From Escherichia phage FFH2, in sequence record KJ190158: a stretch of 64,000 nucleotides of DNA, one strand, 5' to 3'. Under the pieces are notes generated by a model. It searched no databases and had not been told where the DNA came from. It saw only the letters and a list, made by a program, of their open reading frames with translations. The translations under genes and the position numbers were made by a program. The stretch's first letter is position 1. Each line of letters opens with the position of its first letter. This document shows positions 7,743 through 16,600 of the stretch, piece by piece.

Positions 7743-9216
7743 TTCTGGAGTTTTAATGGATAGCAGAAGTTCAGAAATCATTGCCTCGCAGAAAGATGAT
7801 GCCCTGAGAATGTTGCAGGCTGCACGTATGTATCTCCTTGAAAAGCTGCCGTTCTATGGCACACTACTGTCAGGGTTGCAGTTCGTAGAAAACCACACAT
7901 GGTGCTCCACCATGGCAACCGACCATAAACGCATCTATTACAGTCCTGAGTTCATTATGGGATTGGCTGATGAACGCAAGGCTATTCTTAAGGCTTCTCT
8001 AACTGACGAGCAGTTTGAGATGGCTGAAGTTTTCTATTCCCCAAAATCTGTGAAAGAGGTGGCCTTCCTTCTGTCACATGAGGTGGGGCATATTATCTGT
8101 GATCACCTAGTCCGTGGTAAAAGCTTTGAGCCGGAACTGTTCAATATTGCTTGTGATCACGTTATCAACACAGGCCTTGTGGTTGACTTTAGCAAACCTC
8201 CTTGTGTTTTCTTCCCGAAGGGGAAAAGCACTACGTTCGTGAAAGGTAAGCCTTTTGGATTCTTAGCCAGCTGCTACTGCGACATGAAGTTTCATGGATG
8301 GATTGCTGAGAACGTCTATGCAGTTCTTGATAAGCAAAGAGATCAGAATAACGGTAAAAGTAAGAGCGGTAAAGGTGAGAACTCTCAAGGAGATAAGCGA
8401 CAAACCGATGATCACATGAGTGGTAACGGTGGCACCAGTGATGATCTTGGAAAGGCTATGGGGTATGATCAGCCACAACCTGTAATCAGTCAATCTGATA
8501 AAGATCAGGCCATGCAGGACTCTGGTGACATGCTGGAGGCAGCAATGCAAGCTTCCGGAGGCCGTTGCCCTGAGGCGGTGCGTGAGTTTGTCAAGAACAG
8601 AGGTAAGCCTGTAATTAATTATATAGACATCATCAAGCAACGCATGTTGTCTAAACGAAAGGCTGAACTGACCTACAGAAAACCTGGTCGCCGATCTGGG
8701 TCTTTGACCAGCACAATGCGAAAAGTTGGGGCTATAAACAAGAACCAGCACGTTATTGTTCCTGGTCGTAATCCGGAAAACACCATAGATATTGTGGTAG
8801 CTTTAGACGTTTCTGGCTCGATCTCTCAAAGAACTTTAAAGAAAATGTTCAATGAAATCACCGGATTGTGCAATCTGTATAAAGAGTTTAAGGTTACAAT
8901 GTTCTGTTGGTCAACTGAAGTCGGAGAGGTTAAAGTATACACTCGCGGCAACATAGACGAGATGATCAATTATGAGGTCCACTCAACATGGGGCACAACA
9001 GCTGCTTGCGTGTTCGAGTATCTGGATGCTAACATACCGAATGCAAAAGATGTCATCGTCCTGACCGACCTATACTTTGAGCATAACTTTGAACAAAAGG
9101 CTGTTGACAACAAGTGGAAAAAGTACGATACTCTATGGGTTCTCACCGAAGGGTATAATAAAAATTATATTCCGAGCTTTGGGAAAACTGTGGAATTAAT
9201 CGAGTACGCTAAGTAA
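7735..9216 (+). CDS. vWA-domain protein with N-terminal HExxH metallopeptidase-like motif; likely start ATG 7756
   Basis: HEVGHIICDH (HExxH) in N-terminal half; vWA MIDAS motif VVALDVSGS with downstream STWGTT and VIVLTDL. ATG 7735 lies inside a GC hairpin; ATG 7756 has GGAG 7 nt upstream. Confidence 0.65.
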   Translation: MAPSGVLMDSRSSEIIASQKDDALRMLQAARMYLLEKLPFYGTLLSGLQFVENHTWCSTMATDHKRIYYSPEFIMGLADERKAILKASLTDEQFEMAEVFYSPKSVKEVAFLLSHEVGHIICDHLVRGKSFEPELFNIACDHVINTGLVVDFSKPPCVFFPKGKSTTFVKGKPFGFLASCYCDMKFHGWIAENVYAVLDKQRDQNNGKSKSGKGENSQGDKRQTDDHMSGNGGTSDDLGKAMGYDQPQPVISQSDKDQAMQDSGDMLEAAMQASGGRCPEAVREFVKNRGKPVINYIDIIKQRMLSKRKAELTYRKPGRRSGSLTSTMRKVGAINKNQHVIVPGRNPENTIDIVVALDVSGSISQRTLKKMFNEITGLCNLYKEFKVTMFCWSTEVGEVKVYTRGNIDEMINYEVHSTWGTTAACVFEYLDANIPNAKDVIVLTDLYFEHNFEQKAVDNKWKKYDTLWVLTEGYNKNYIPSFGKTVELIEYAK

Positions 9217-9222
9217 GAGAGG

Positions 9223-9489
9223 ATGTTATTTATGGCAACAGAGGTAGTAATCAAAGCTGAACGCCCAGTTAAAAAAGCTATCAACACGTTCCCTGTAGGA
9301 ACCATTGTGAGCATGATCACGGAGTCAGGCCGTATATCTACGCTGCTGATTGTGAAATCTGCATGTTCTTCTTGTGTGTGGGCTTACGATCTGGACGAGA
9401 AAGAACTAAAAGATTTTGTTGGGGAGCTGAAAGCAACCGAGCTCGATGCTCGTATCGAAGTATTTGGTGAAACTATGGAGGAAGAGTAA
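9223..9489 (+). CDS. Hypothetical protein (start may be ATG 9232)
   Basis: ORF; GAGAGG RBS. Confidence 0.4.
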   Translation: MLFMATEVVIKAERPVKKAINTFPVGTIVSMITESGRISTLLIVKSACSSCVWAYDLDEKELKDFVGELKATELDARIEVFGETMEEE

Positions 9490-9752
9490 TGACCACAAAA
9501 ATCACTATCGCAGAACCGAAAGCCAACACTCAACCTATCGAAAAGTTTAAGTGCGGTGAGGTGGTAACATTCACACCAGATAATGAAGATGCTAAGATTT
9601 TCGCAATGGTCACAGCTGAGTGGATGTGTGACAACACCACACAGGTTCTGCGTTTTGACACCTACCTCACAGATGAGATCCGAAACGATAAGATCGTGAC
9701 AGGTGTGGACACTGAAATTATTTTCTACAAGAGCTTTTTAGAGGGTTTCTGA
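9489..9752 (+). CDS. Hypothetical protein (87 aa)
   Basis: ORF with start overlapping previous stop. Confidence 0.4.
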   Translation: MTTKITIAEPKANTQPIEKFKCGEVVTFTPDNEDAKIFAMVTAEWMCDNTTQVLRFDTYLTDEIRNDKIVTGVDTEIIFYKSFLEGF

Positions 9753-9753
9753 T

Positions 9754-9987
9754 ATGGCAAAAATTCGTAAATTATCCAGCAATCAGGTTGTGAAAGACTT
9801 TGAATCTGGAGAGATTCTGTATGTTCGTGATGCAGATGACGAAGGTGAAGATCTTGTTATGTTGGTGGGGCACGCTGAGGACGGATGCATCCAAGCTGTT
9901 TTTCTTGAAACAGCTATGGTGCACTGGATAGAGCTGGACCTGAAAGCACGAAAACCTAAAGCAGAAATCCTGATTTACGAAGATTAA
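9754..9987 (+). CDS. Hypothetical protein (77 aa)
   Basis: ORF in plus-strand operon. Confidence 0.4.
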   Translation: MAKIRKLSSNQVVKDFESGEILYVRDADDEGEDLVMLVGHAEDGCIQAVFLETAMVHWIELDLKARKPKAEILIYED

Positions 9988-10002
9988 CAAAAGGAGAGAG
10001 CC

Positions 10003-10452
10003 GTGTTGAGCAAACGTGAATGCGACAGCATTAGCCTGAATTCTTATAAGAAACAATGGTTTGGGGTAGAAGTTTGCCGACTGCGGCTAGGCTCCTACCT
10101 GAACTTCGTTTATTATGAGAGCGATAGTCGTATCGTTTCTTATGAAGTGTTCTACACTAAGAACACCTTCGAACTGCGCCGTAAAGTGGATGGCGGGAGA
10201 ACTACCCCCCAGAATAATTGGGAAACTATCCTCCCTACAGATGTTATAGGAAGTCCCCTGAATGTATCTGAAGATGAAAATCTTATGGTTCATGCTATGA
10301 TGGGACTTGACAGCTTAGAGCTGGCGATCTATGATATGTCCATCGAAGCAGTTAAGCTGGACTACATCGAAAACACTTTAGAGGAAGGTATCAAGAAGTT
10401 TCTCAGTGAGAAATTAAAAGACTACTTTCATAAGGAGCTATACCTGTTATGA
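10003..10452 (+). CDS. Hypothetical protein (149 aa), GTG start
   Basis: AAGGAGAGAG RBS upstream of GTG at 10003. Confidence 0.45.
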   Translation: MLSKRECDSISLNSYKKQWFGVEVCRLRLGSYLNFVYYESDSRIVSYEVFYTKNTFELRRKVDGGRTTPQNNWETILPTDVIGSPLNVSEDENLMVHAMMGLDSLELAIYDMSIEAVKLDYIENTLEEGIKKFLSEKLKDYFHKELYLL

Positions 10453-10694
10453 AGACCCGTAAAGAACGTAACAAAATTTTACCAGGAGCTCTCGAACACC
10501 TGATGAAGTGCAGGTCTATCTGGCACTCTGCCAAGGAAGGGCAGAAGGTGGTTGTGGTTAGTGACAATACCAACCCGTTTGGAGATTATACTACTATGAT
10601 GGCCCCATATGTCCGTGATGGCGTTGTGGAAGTGGTCCCTTACAACGGTCTGCATGAACGGCACTTTGAAAGCACTTTGCTAGTGGAGCTATAG
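10449..10694 (+). CDS. Hypothetical protein (81 aa)
   Basis: 4-nt overlap with previous gene. Confidence 0.4.
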   Translation: MKTRKERNKILPGALEHLMKCRSIWHSAKEGQKVVVVSDNTNPFGDYTTMMAPYVRDGVVEVVPYNGLHERHFESTLLVEL

Positions 10695-10696
10695 TC

Positions 10697-11263
10697 ATGG
10701 CGGTCAATGTGGCTTACAACACAGGAAAGCTTGACAGAGACATTGGGTGTCTTGTCCTTTCAGATACAGAAGAGTATTGGGGTTACGGGTTGCTGTCAGA
10801 CCCACACCCGAGCAACCTTGTATCAACAGTGCTATACCGCTACGACCCTGTGCCAACGGTACACGACAAAGACATTCACGACCTTCGGATCAAGTGTCTG
10901 GAAGATCTGCTGAACAATGGTTGCAACGATCTGCGGGTAGCCAAAGAGAAGCTTACAAACATTCACAAAGAGGAAGTGATGAGCACCCTCAGTAAGAGAT
11001 CAGTGCACAAAAAGATGATGCTGAACTTTGCAATGGGTATCTACATGGACGGGTATAAGGGAGGTGATCCGGTCCTCAAGCTTCGCTGCCCGACACTGTG
11101 GGAAAGAGTGGTTGACAGTAAGGACGGCACTGCCCTGCTCGAACTCCACACCGCAGGTTGGATTTGGCGGTATGTAGACGGATACCCTCTGTGGGCATGT
11201 GGACCTGGGGAATTTGTTGACAGACCTAGCGCGGTGGTGGACTTACTATTGCAGTTTGAATAA
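10697..11263 (+). CDS. Hypothetical protein (188 aa)
   Basis: ORF in operon. Confidence 0.45.
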   Translation: MAVNVAYNTGKLDRDIGCLVLSDTEEYWGYGLLSDPHPSNLVSTVLYRYDPVPTVHDKDIHDLRIKCLEDLLNNGCNDLRVAKEKLTNIHKEEVMSTLSKRSVHKKMMLNFAMGIYMDGYKGGDPVLKLRCPTLWERVVDSKDGTALLELHTAGWIWRYVDGYPLWACGPGEFVDRPSAVVDLLLQFE

Positions 11264-11321
11264 AAAAGGTGAGTTATAAGGTATTCATACACCTACCAAC
11301 AATACAACAGGAGAGACTGAG

Positions 11322-11597
11322 ATGACGAAAGAAGAGGCCGACGTATTAGATTTTGCACTAGAGGATACGCAGGAGGCTTTGGTGTTAGCTTGGAAAATGA
11401 ACCAGCGTGCTGCAGAATGCAACCGTCGCATCAATGAGATTCTGGGCATGTCTATGTATGATTTCACTATGCATGCCGGAGAGATTCCTGAATTAACTGC
11501 AGAGATGAATGATCTTGACAATAAGATTAATATCATTCTGAAGACAGCAGAAACAACTCACCAAACCGCCCGTAAATTTATCAACGAGAAGGTGTGA
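11322..11597 (+). CDS. Hypothetical protein (91 aa)
   Basis: GGAGAGACTGAG leader directly before ATG. Confidence 0.45.
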   Translation: MTKEEADVLDFALEDTQEALVLAWKMNQRAAECNRRINEILGMSMYDFTMHAGEIPELTAEMNDLDNKINIILKTAETTHQTARKFINEKV

Positions 11598-11599
11598 AT

Positions 11600-12064
11600 A
11601 TGGACTACAGTTACTGCGGGGAAGAAGTTCCTTTTAACTGCAGCAATCTTACCACAAGCAATCCATACGAGACTCGCCACGGCACACACATCATTGCCAT
11701 TGACTTTGATGGAACGTTTAACGCGAGCCCTTTCATCTTCTCCCGCCTGATCAGGGACCTGAAGAAGGAGAGGTGGACAGTATACCTTGTGACTTTCCGA
11801 TTCATTACTCAAGACAATGTGGACATTGAGTATTGGCGCAAGGAGCTCGATGTCGGTGTGTTTTATACTGGAGGTATTCAGAAGGCAGCCTATCTGGCGC
11901 AGTTTGATATCTACCCAGATATTTGGATTGATGATTCTCCGGCATGTATTCCGGCTAAAAATCAGTTAGAGTTTGCAATGAAGGAGATCGAGTATAAGTC
12001 TGAGGCTAAGCGGAACGGATGGCCCTTTATTATTGAAGATTACCCAGATCCTGAACCGGAGTAA
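11600..12064 (+). CDS. HAD-superfamily phosphatase-like protein
   Basis: Motif IIAIDFDGT (HAD motif I, DxDGT) near N-terminus; start taken as ATG 11600 rather than track GTG 11594. Confidence 0.45.
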   Translation: MDYSYCGEEVPFNCSNLTTSNPYETRHGTHIIAIDFDGTFNASPFIFSRLIRDLKKERWTVYLVTFRFITQDNVDIEYWRKELDVGVFYTGGIQKAAYLAQFDIYPDIWIDDSPACIPAKNQLEFAMKEIEYKSEAKRNGWPFIIEDYPDPEPE

Positions 12065-12069
12065 GAGCC

Positions 12070-12240
12070 ATGAGGCGAAGATATCATCACCTGATGTGGA
12101 AGTTATATCATGGTGCTGCTAAAGCTTACCGCACCGTGTTTGGTAATGACAATCACTGCATTATGTTACACCTTACCGCCATTGAACATCACAATGAGTG
12201 GATTCGTGCAATCGTAATAGGTGACAAAGATTTTAAGTAA
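12070..12240 (+). CDS. Small His-rich ORF (56 aa), below ORF-track cut-off
   Basis: ATG 12070 preceded by GGAG; reads MRRRYHHLMWKLYHG...DKDFK; fills an otherwise empty 200-bp gap. Confidence 0.3.
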   Translation: MRRRYHHLMWKLYHGAAKAYRTVFGNDNHCIMLHLTAIEHHNEWIRAIVIGDKDFK

Positions 12241-12270
12241 AGTATTGCTTTCTAGATGGAGACTGATTAA

Positions 12271-12651
12271 ATGTGCAAGTGTAAATCCTATAATTGGAAA
12301 GTGAAAGGTGCCAAGCATCAAAATGTTATCGTTGATGTGCCTAAAAAGCTCCGTGACGGCAAAAAACGTGTGTGCCTTGATAAGTGCATGGCTAAGCCTA
12401 TCATGAGTCTATGGGCGGCAGGATTGAAAACTCTAAACTGCTGCTGTGGTCATAACAAAGATGTTCCAAGTATCATTATCCCAGAAGATGCAGACCCTAA
12501 AGCTTATGCCAAAATACTGACCCGCTACCCCAGCACCTTCCTGATCGGAAAATGGTGTCACGATGAACTTCAATGGTGGGTAGCATACGGTAGTATAGGT
12601 ACTGCTTTTGGCTTTCCAGCTTTGTCAGAGCGCTACGTCAAAGTGTCATAA
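12271..12651 (+). CDS. Cys-rich hypothetical protein (126 aa)
   Basis: Several Cys clusters (CKCK, CLDKC, CCCGHN); leader motif ATGGAGACTGAT upstream. Confidence 0.45.
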   Translation: MCKCKSYNWKVKGAKHQNVIVDVPKKLRDGKKRVCLDKCMAKPIMSLWAAGLKTLNCCCGHNKDVPSIIIPEDADPKAYAKILTRYPSTFLIGKWCHDELQWWVAYGSIGTAFGFPALSERYVKVS

Positions 12652-12660
12652 TCGATTTTA

Positions 12661-12678
12661 AGGCCTCAAAAGAGGCCT
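12661..12678 (+). terminator. Hairpin AGGCCTC-AAAA-GAGGCCT
   Basis: Perfect 7-bp stem after gene 12271-12651; no clear U-tract. Confidence 0.3.
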
Positions 12679-12756
12679 GTGCCTTCAATAGCTCCACCCT
12701 CTCTTGTGATTACACCCACCTTTCAAAAAACTTCCCCAAAACGCTTAAAAATGTTG

Positions 12757-12786
12757 TTGACAGCACACACCCCAGTTTGCTATTCT
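12757..12786 (+). promoter_or_regulatory. Sigma70-like promoter (-35 TTGACA, 18-nt spacer, -10 TATTCT)
   Basis: Upstream of ATG 12819, after hairpin 12661-12678. Confidence 0.45.
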
Positions 12787-12818
12787 CATTATCACAGATA
12801 CAGAACGGAGTAACAAAA

Positions 12819-13148
12819 ATGGCACATGTGAATATTAAACTACATTATCATGGTAGAAAACCAAAATATCCAATGCATAAAGTATTTTGGGGATTGCATA
12901 TCCAAGAAAAAGAAGGTATTGGTTACTGGTTTTGTGACCACGATAGACAATGGCATACCCATGAAGAAGTGAGCACTATGATGGAGCAGGGTATTAAATT
13001 TAATTTCTCAAACTATGATCATGGTGTTAATTGCATTCGAAAATTGAAACGATTTCTTAGAAAGAATCCTGAACTTAAAGGGCTTACATTCTTTATGTCT
13101 CATAACTACATGGGGTATAGCGCTACTGTAACTGCAAGGATTAAGTAA
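12819..13148 (+). CDS. His-rich hypothetical protein; start revised to ATG 12819
   Basis: Sigma70-like promoter at 12757-12786 and GGAG 8 nt upstream of ATG 12819; track start 12777 is TTG inside the promoter. Confidence 0.45.
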   Translation: MAHVNIKLHYHGRKPKYPMHKVFWGLHIQEKEGIGYWFCDHDRQWHTHEEVSTMMEQGIKFNFSNYDHGVNCIRKLKRFLRKNPELKGLTFFMSHNYMGYSATVTARIK

Positions 13149-13149
13149 T

Positions 13150-13368
13150 ATGAGCAAAGTAAAATTTGTTAAATTTAAAAATCCTAACGGAATAACAGCC
13201 CTTATGATGGGTGTACACTTTACACCGGGCAAAGAGTATGAGGCAGATGTATACAATGGGATAGATGGTAAAGTTGGGATAGGTGTGTGGACAAACCGTG
13301 GAGAAAGATACTTTATCAAGGATATAGATGCTCACTGGGGTATTTGGGAAGTTGTTGGAGATCTGTGA
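13150..13368 (+). CDS. Hypothetical protein (72 aa)
   Basis: ORF in operon. Confidence 0.4.
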   Translation: MSKVKFVKFKNPNGITALMMGVHFTPGKEYEADVYNGIDGKVGIGVWTNRGERYFIKDIDAHWGIWEVVGDL

Positions 13369-13437
13369 TGATGAAATGAAATACTGTTTCTTCGGCAATA
13401 TGTAATATAGATTGGTTAAATATGGAGACTGATAGAG

Positions 13438-13638
13438 ATGGCTGATTTTTGTAAAGACTGTTCTGAAGAGTTGTTTGGTCGTGACTGCGGAGATCTGAAA
13501 GGATTGATCACTGAGGATCAGTGGAAGGAAGGCTATGCAGCACCTGTTATTTGTGAAGGCTGTGGTTACACCTATGTCGATCATGAAGGTAAGCGTGTCC
13601 AGCCGTCTGAAGATGGGTCGTGTTGGGAATATTACTAA
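13438..13638 (+). CDS. Small zinc-ribbon-like protein
   Basis: Paired Cys motifs CKDC ... CEGC; followed by bidirectional terminator. Confidence 0.45.
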   Translation: MADFCKDCSEELFGRDCGDLKGLITEDQWKEGYAAPVICEGCGYTYVDHEGKRVQPSEDGSCWEYY

Positions 13639-13651
13639 TTATAAAAAGAAA

Positions 13652-13677
13652 GGGGCCGTTTGGCCCCCTTTTTATTT
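13652..13677. terminator. Bidirectional intrinsic terminator (GGGGCC-GUUU-GGCCCC flanked by T-runs on both sides)
   Basis: Sits between convergent plus-strand early arm and minus-strand fibre gene. Confidence 0.65.
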
Positions 13678-13685
13678 GCCTCCTG

Positions 13686-16600
13686 TTAACTAGGGAAGTT
13701 TGTATAAGCTTCGAGATGGTATTGCTGGTTACCAGGTAGCATAATACCTATACTTGCAAGACCTAATGTTCTACCACCAGGGTACCACTGGAACTTAAAT
13801 CCAATCCAGCCCGAGCTTCTGGCTGCATCGATGTTGTCACTGTACCCAAAGGTGGCTAGACCATCAACACCTGCTCCGAAAAGCAGTTGTATCTGGTTCC
13901 TTGGTAGGCCAATAATTTCAGGTATGTAAGCACCAAAAAATGTAGGGTTGGTGGTTGTGGTCGGATTGTCCATGACCGGACCGGTAAAGACCCTCATATT
14001 GGACGTTCCTGCAGGTCTAGGGTAAGCCCCGTCAAGAGGATTTCCTTCCCAAATAAACCACTGAGGTGCCATCTGTCTGACAGTAAACGATGTTGAAGAC
14101 GTTTTGCGGCCTGCATCATCTCTAACTACAAACTTTATGGTGACATTCCCAGTAGCTTTAAATGTTACCAGCCCTGTGGTGGCATCCACTGTTGCAATGT
14201 TGGTATTACTACTTTCCCAAGTCTTTCTAATCCCGGATACGTTGGAAGGGGTGATAGAAGGTTCCTGCATCTGCAGTTTACCGCCCACAATCCCTATGCC
14301 GTTGCCCGGATTATACAGCACACCGACCTCGTCTATAATGTTCCCTGCTTTGAGACTATACTTCCTTGAGAAGTTGTAAGTTCCGTTATAAGTGTGTGTC
14401 CCTGAGAATGTGACATCTGCCTTCCCGTAAGAGATGCAAACCAACGCATACTTCCTGTCAGGCAACGTTTCTCCAGTCTCTGGGTGAGTTTTACCTACCT
14501 GGAACACACTCGGGTCAGTAGAGTCGTGACTATCACTAACGGAGCTTGGACCGCCCATCAATTGTGACAAACAATTCCTTACCCATGTCCAGTTATTATC
14601 GCTGGAGAAGTCCACAGTCAAATCAAACACAACCCACTCATTTGGCTTCCACACAGGTGTTGCAATGGACTTGCCTACACCACCTCCTTGGAGTGTTGCC
14701 GACTGCTCGGTGATCAGGGCCGCATAGGCCAGAGTTCCTAAACTCAGAGTCTGGCTTGCTGTCCTCACTACCTTAGAATCAGCATCTGTGAAGTTGTTGA
14801 TGATTTGGAATGTGCCATAAGTGTTTTTACAGGTAATTCTGGCGTTCAGCGTGTCAATCTTCCTCACATCTGCCATAGCAGTGTTAGACACAGAGAAGTC
14901 AGAAGCTTTAGCTGAGTTTGCCGCAACAGCAGGATCAACGTTAAGAGTTGCGTTGAACTGACAGGCAGGGGTAACCAGCAGCTTGTTATCACCTATTTGC
15001 TTCCATGAAATACTTTGGACAGGTAGATTCCATTTAATACCTGAGAAAACTTTAGCAACCCTTGGCCCCAAAGCTCCAGTCCTGTTGTCTTTACAGCACA
15101 TAGACATGGTGATCGTTGACGGAGTTGCCTGACCAAATAATTGCTGTGCTTTTGCAGAGGACATAGTGTAGAAATTGTCCTTAACAAACTCATCAGCAGC
15201 TAAAGATCCATCAGCTCTCCACCACTGAACCTGGTACCCTGTTTTGTCCCAACCACCGACCTGCTTCAAGTCCTCCCAGGAGATTTCTAGATCCCCAGTG
15301 GTAGGGTTGATTGCAGCAGTTCCCGGTGTTCCGGGTGACCACAATGGAATATCGAACCACGCTGGTTTAACCGACTGCACTGCGCTGGGACCTATTGCGG
15401 CAGCAAGTTGCTGGCCCATCAATACGCGAGCATCTTTCACCAGACCCCACTCGATCATAGACCCAGAGTAACCTTCTTTCTTGTAGGCTGAGGATCCGTT
15501 CAAATGGATGAGTCGGCTTGTGCCAAAGTTATATGCCCCGCCACCATTATCATCTGCAAAATTGTATATGATTCTATCTCGGATATCTTTCCATGCTCTA
15601 CCGCCAATCTCGTAGTCATGGTCATAACATCTTTGCAGTGTTGTCCAGCAGATGATCGCCATCCTTCTGCCGTTACTAAAGCCAAAGGCCTGATCGTTGA
15701 GCTCTCTCCACAAGTAGCAGTTGGTAGTCCACATAGCTCTGTGAATGTTGAACCAATTTATAGACCTGGCTGCATTGTTGTAGGCAGTTCCTTCTAGCGT
15801 AGGCCACACTGCATTAACCAGCATGTCCTCTGTTCCTGCATCTATCAGGAATCCTCTCACTTTCTTACCCATACCTACTCTATCCTTGGCAATCCATGCG
15901 CCGAATAATTTCAGTTTAGGACCGATTACGGCATCCTCTGGATGCTCAAGAGAGACATACTTCAAGTATACTGTAGGATCACCGTAGGTGCCATCACAAA
16001 CAGCTTTGTGCATGTTCTCACCAAGATCCAGACGGATACCTGTGAGAGTCTTGGTATCATCTGTGAACTTATCTGTTAAATCAAACTCGTACCACCACCA
16101 CCCGGCTCCAAGTAAAACTTTCTTACAGCGCTTAGAGTCTGTGTCGGAGATTCTTTTATCTCCCGCATATGGTGAGTCTGCAAACTGGTAGTGCAGAGCA
16201 ACTTCAAAAGGATGTGTGGATGTTCCGTTTTCTGCAAGAACTTGCTTTCCGATCAGATCGCATTTAATAATCATCACGACACGTCTGTACCCATTGGCAA
16301 CTGGAACGTCGAACGGATACCTTGCACCATCCATATTCGCATGCAAAGCTGCGAAATTTATGTATGGGTCAACAGCGTTACCTAAAGTTTCAGGCCCTGG
16401 GATCATCTTGTACTTCTTGACCTGTCCCATGATATAGTCGCTGCCGTAGGTTGCAGCCTCGAAGCAAGAACCGCTGTCAGGCAGTTCAGCAGGCCCCCAA
16501 AAGTATGCCCCGTAACAATTATAGAACCACTTGTTAGGGTCATAGGTATTCTTGAAGGTCTGAACCTCGTTTGCCTGTTTTGTCAAGAAAACCTGAGTAT

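Noticed and set aside
12777-13148. Track start at TTG 12777
   Set aside because: That codon lies between the -35 and -10 elements of the predicted promoter; ATG 12819 with GGAG 8 nt upstream preferred.
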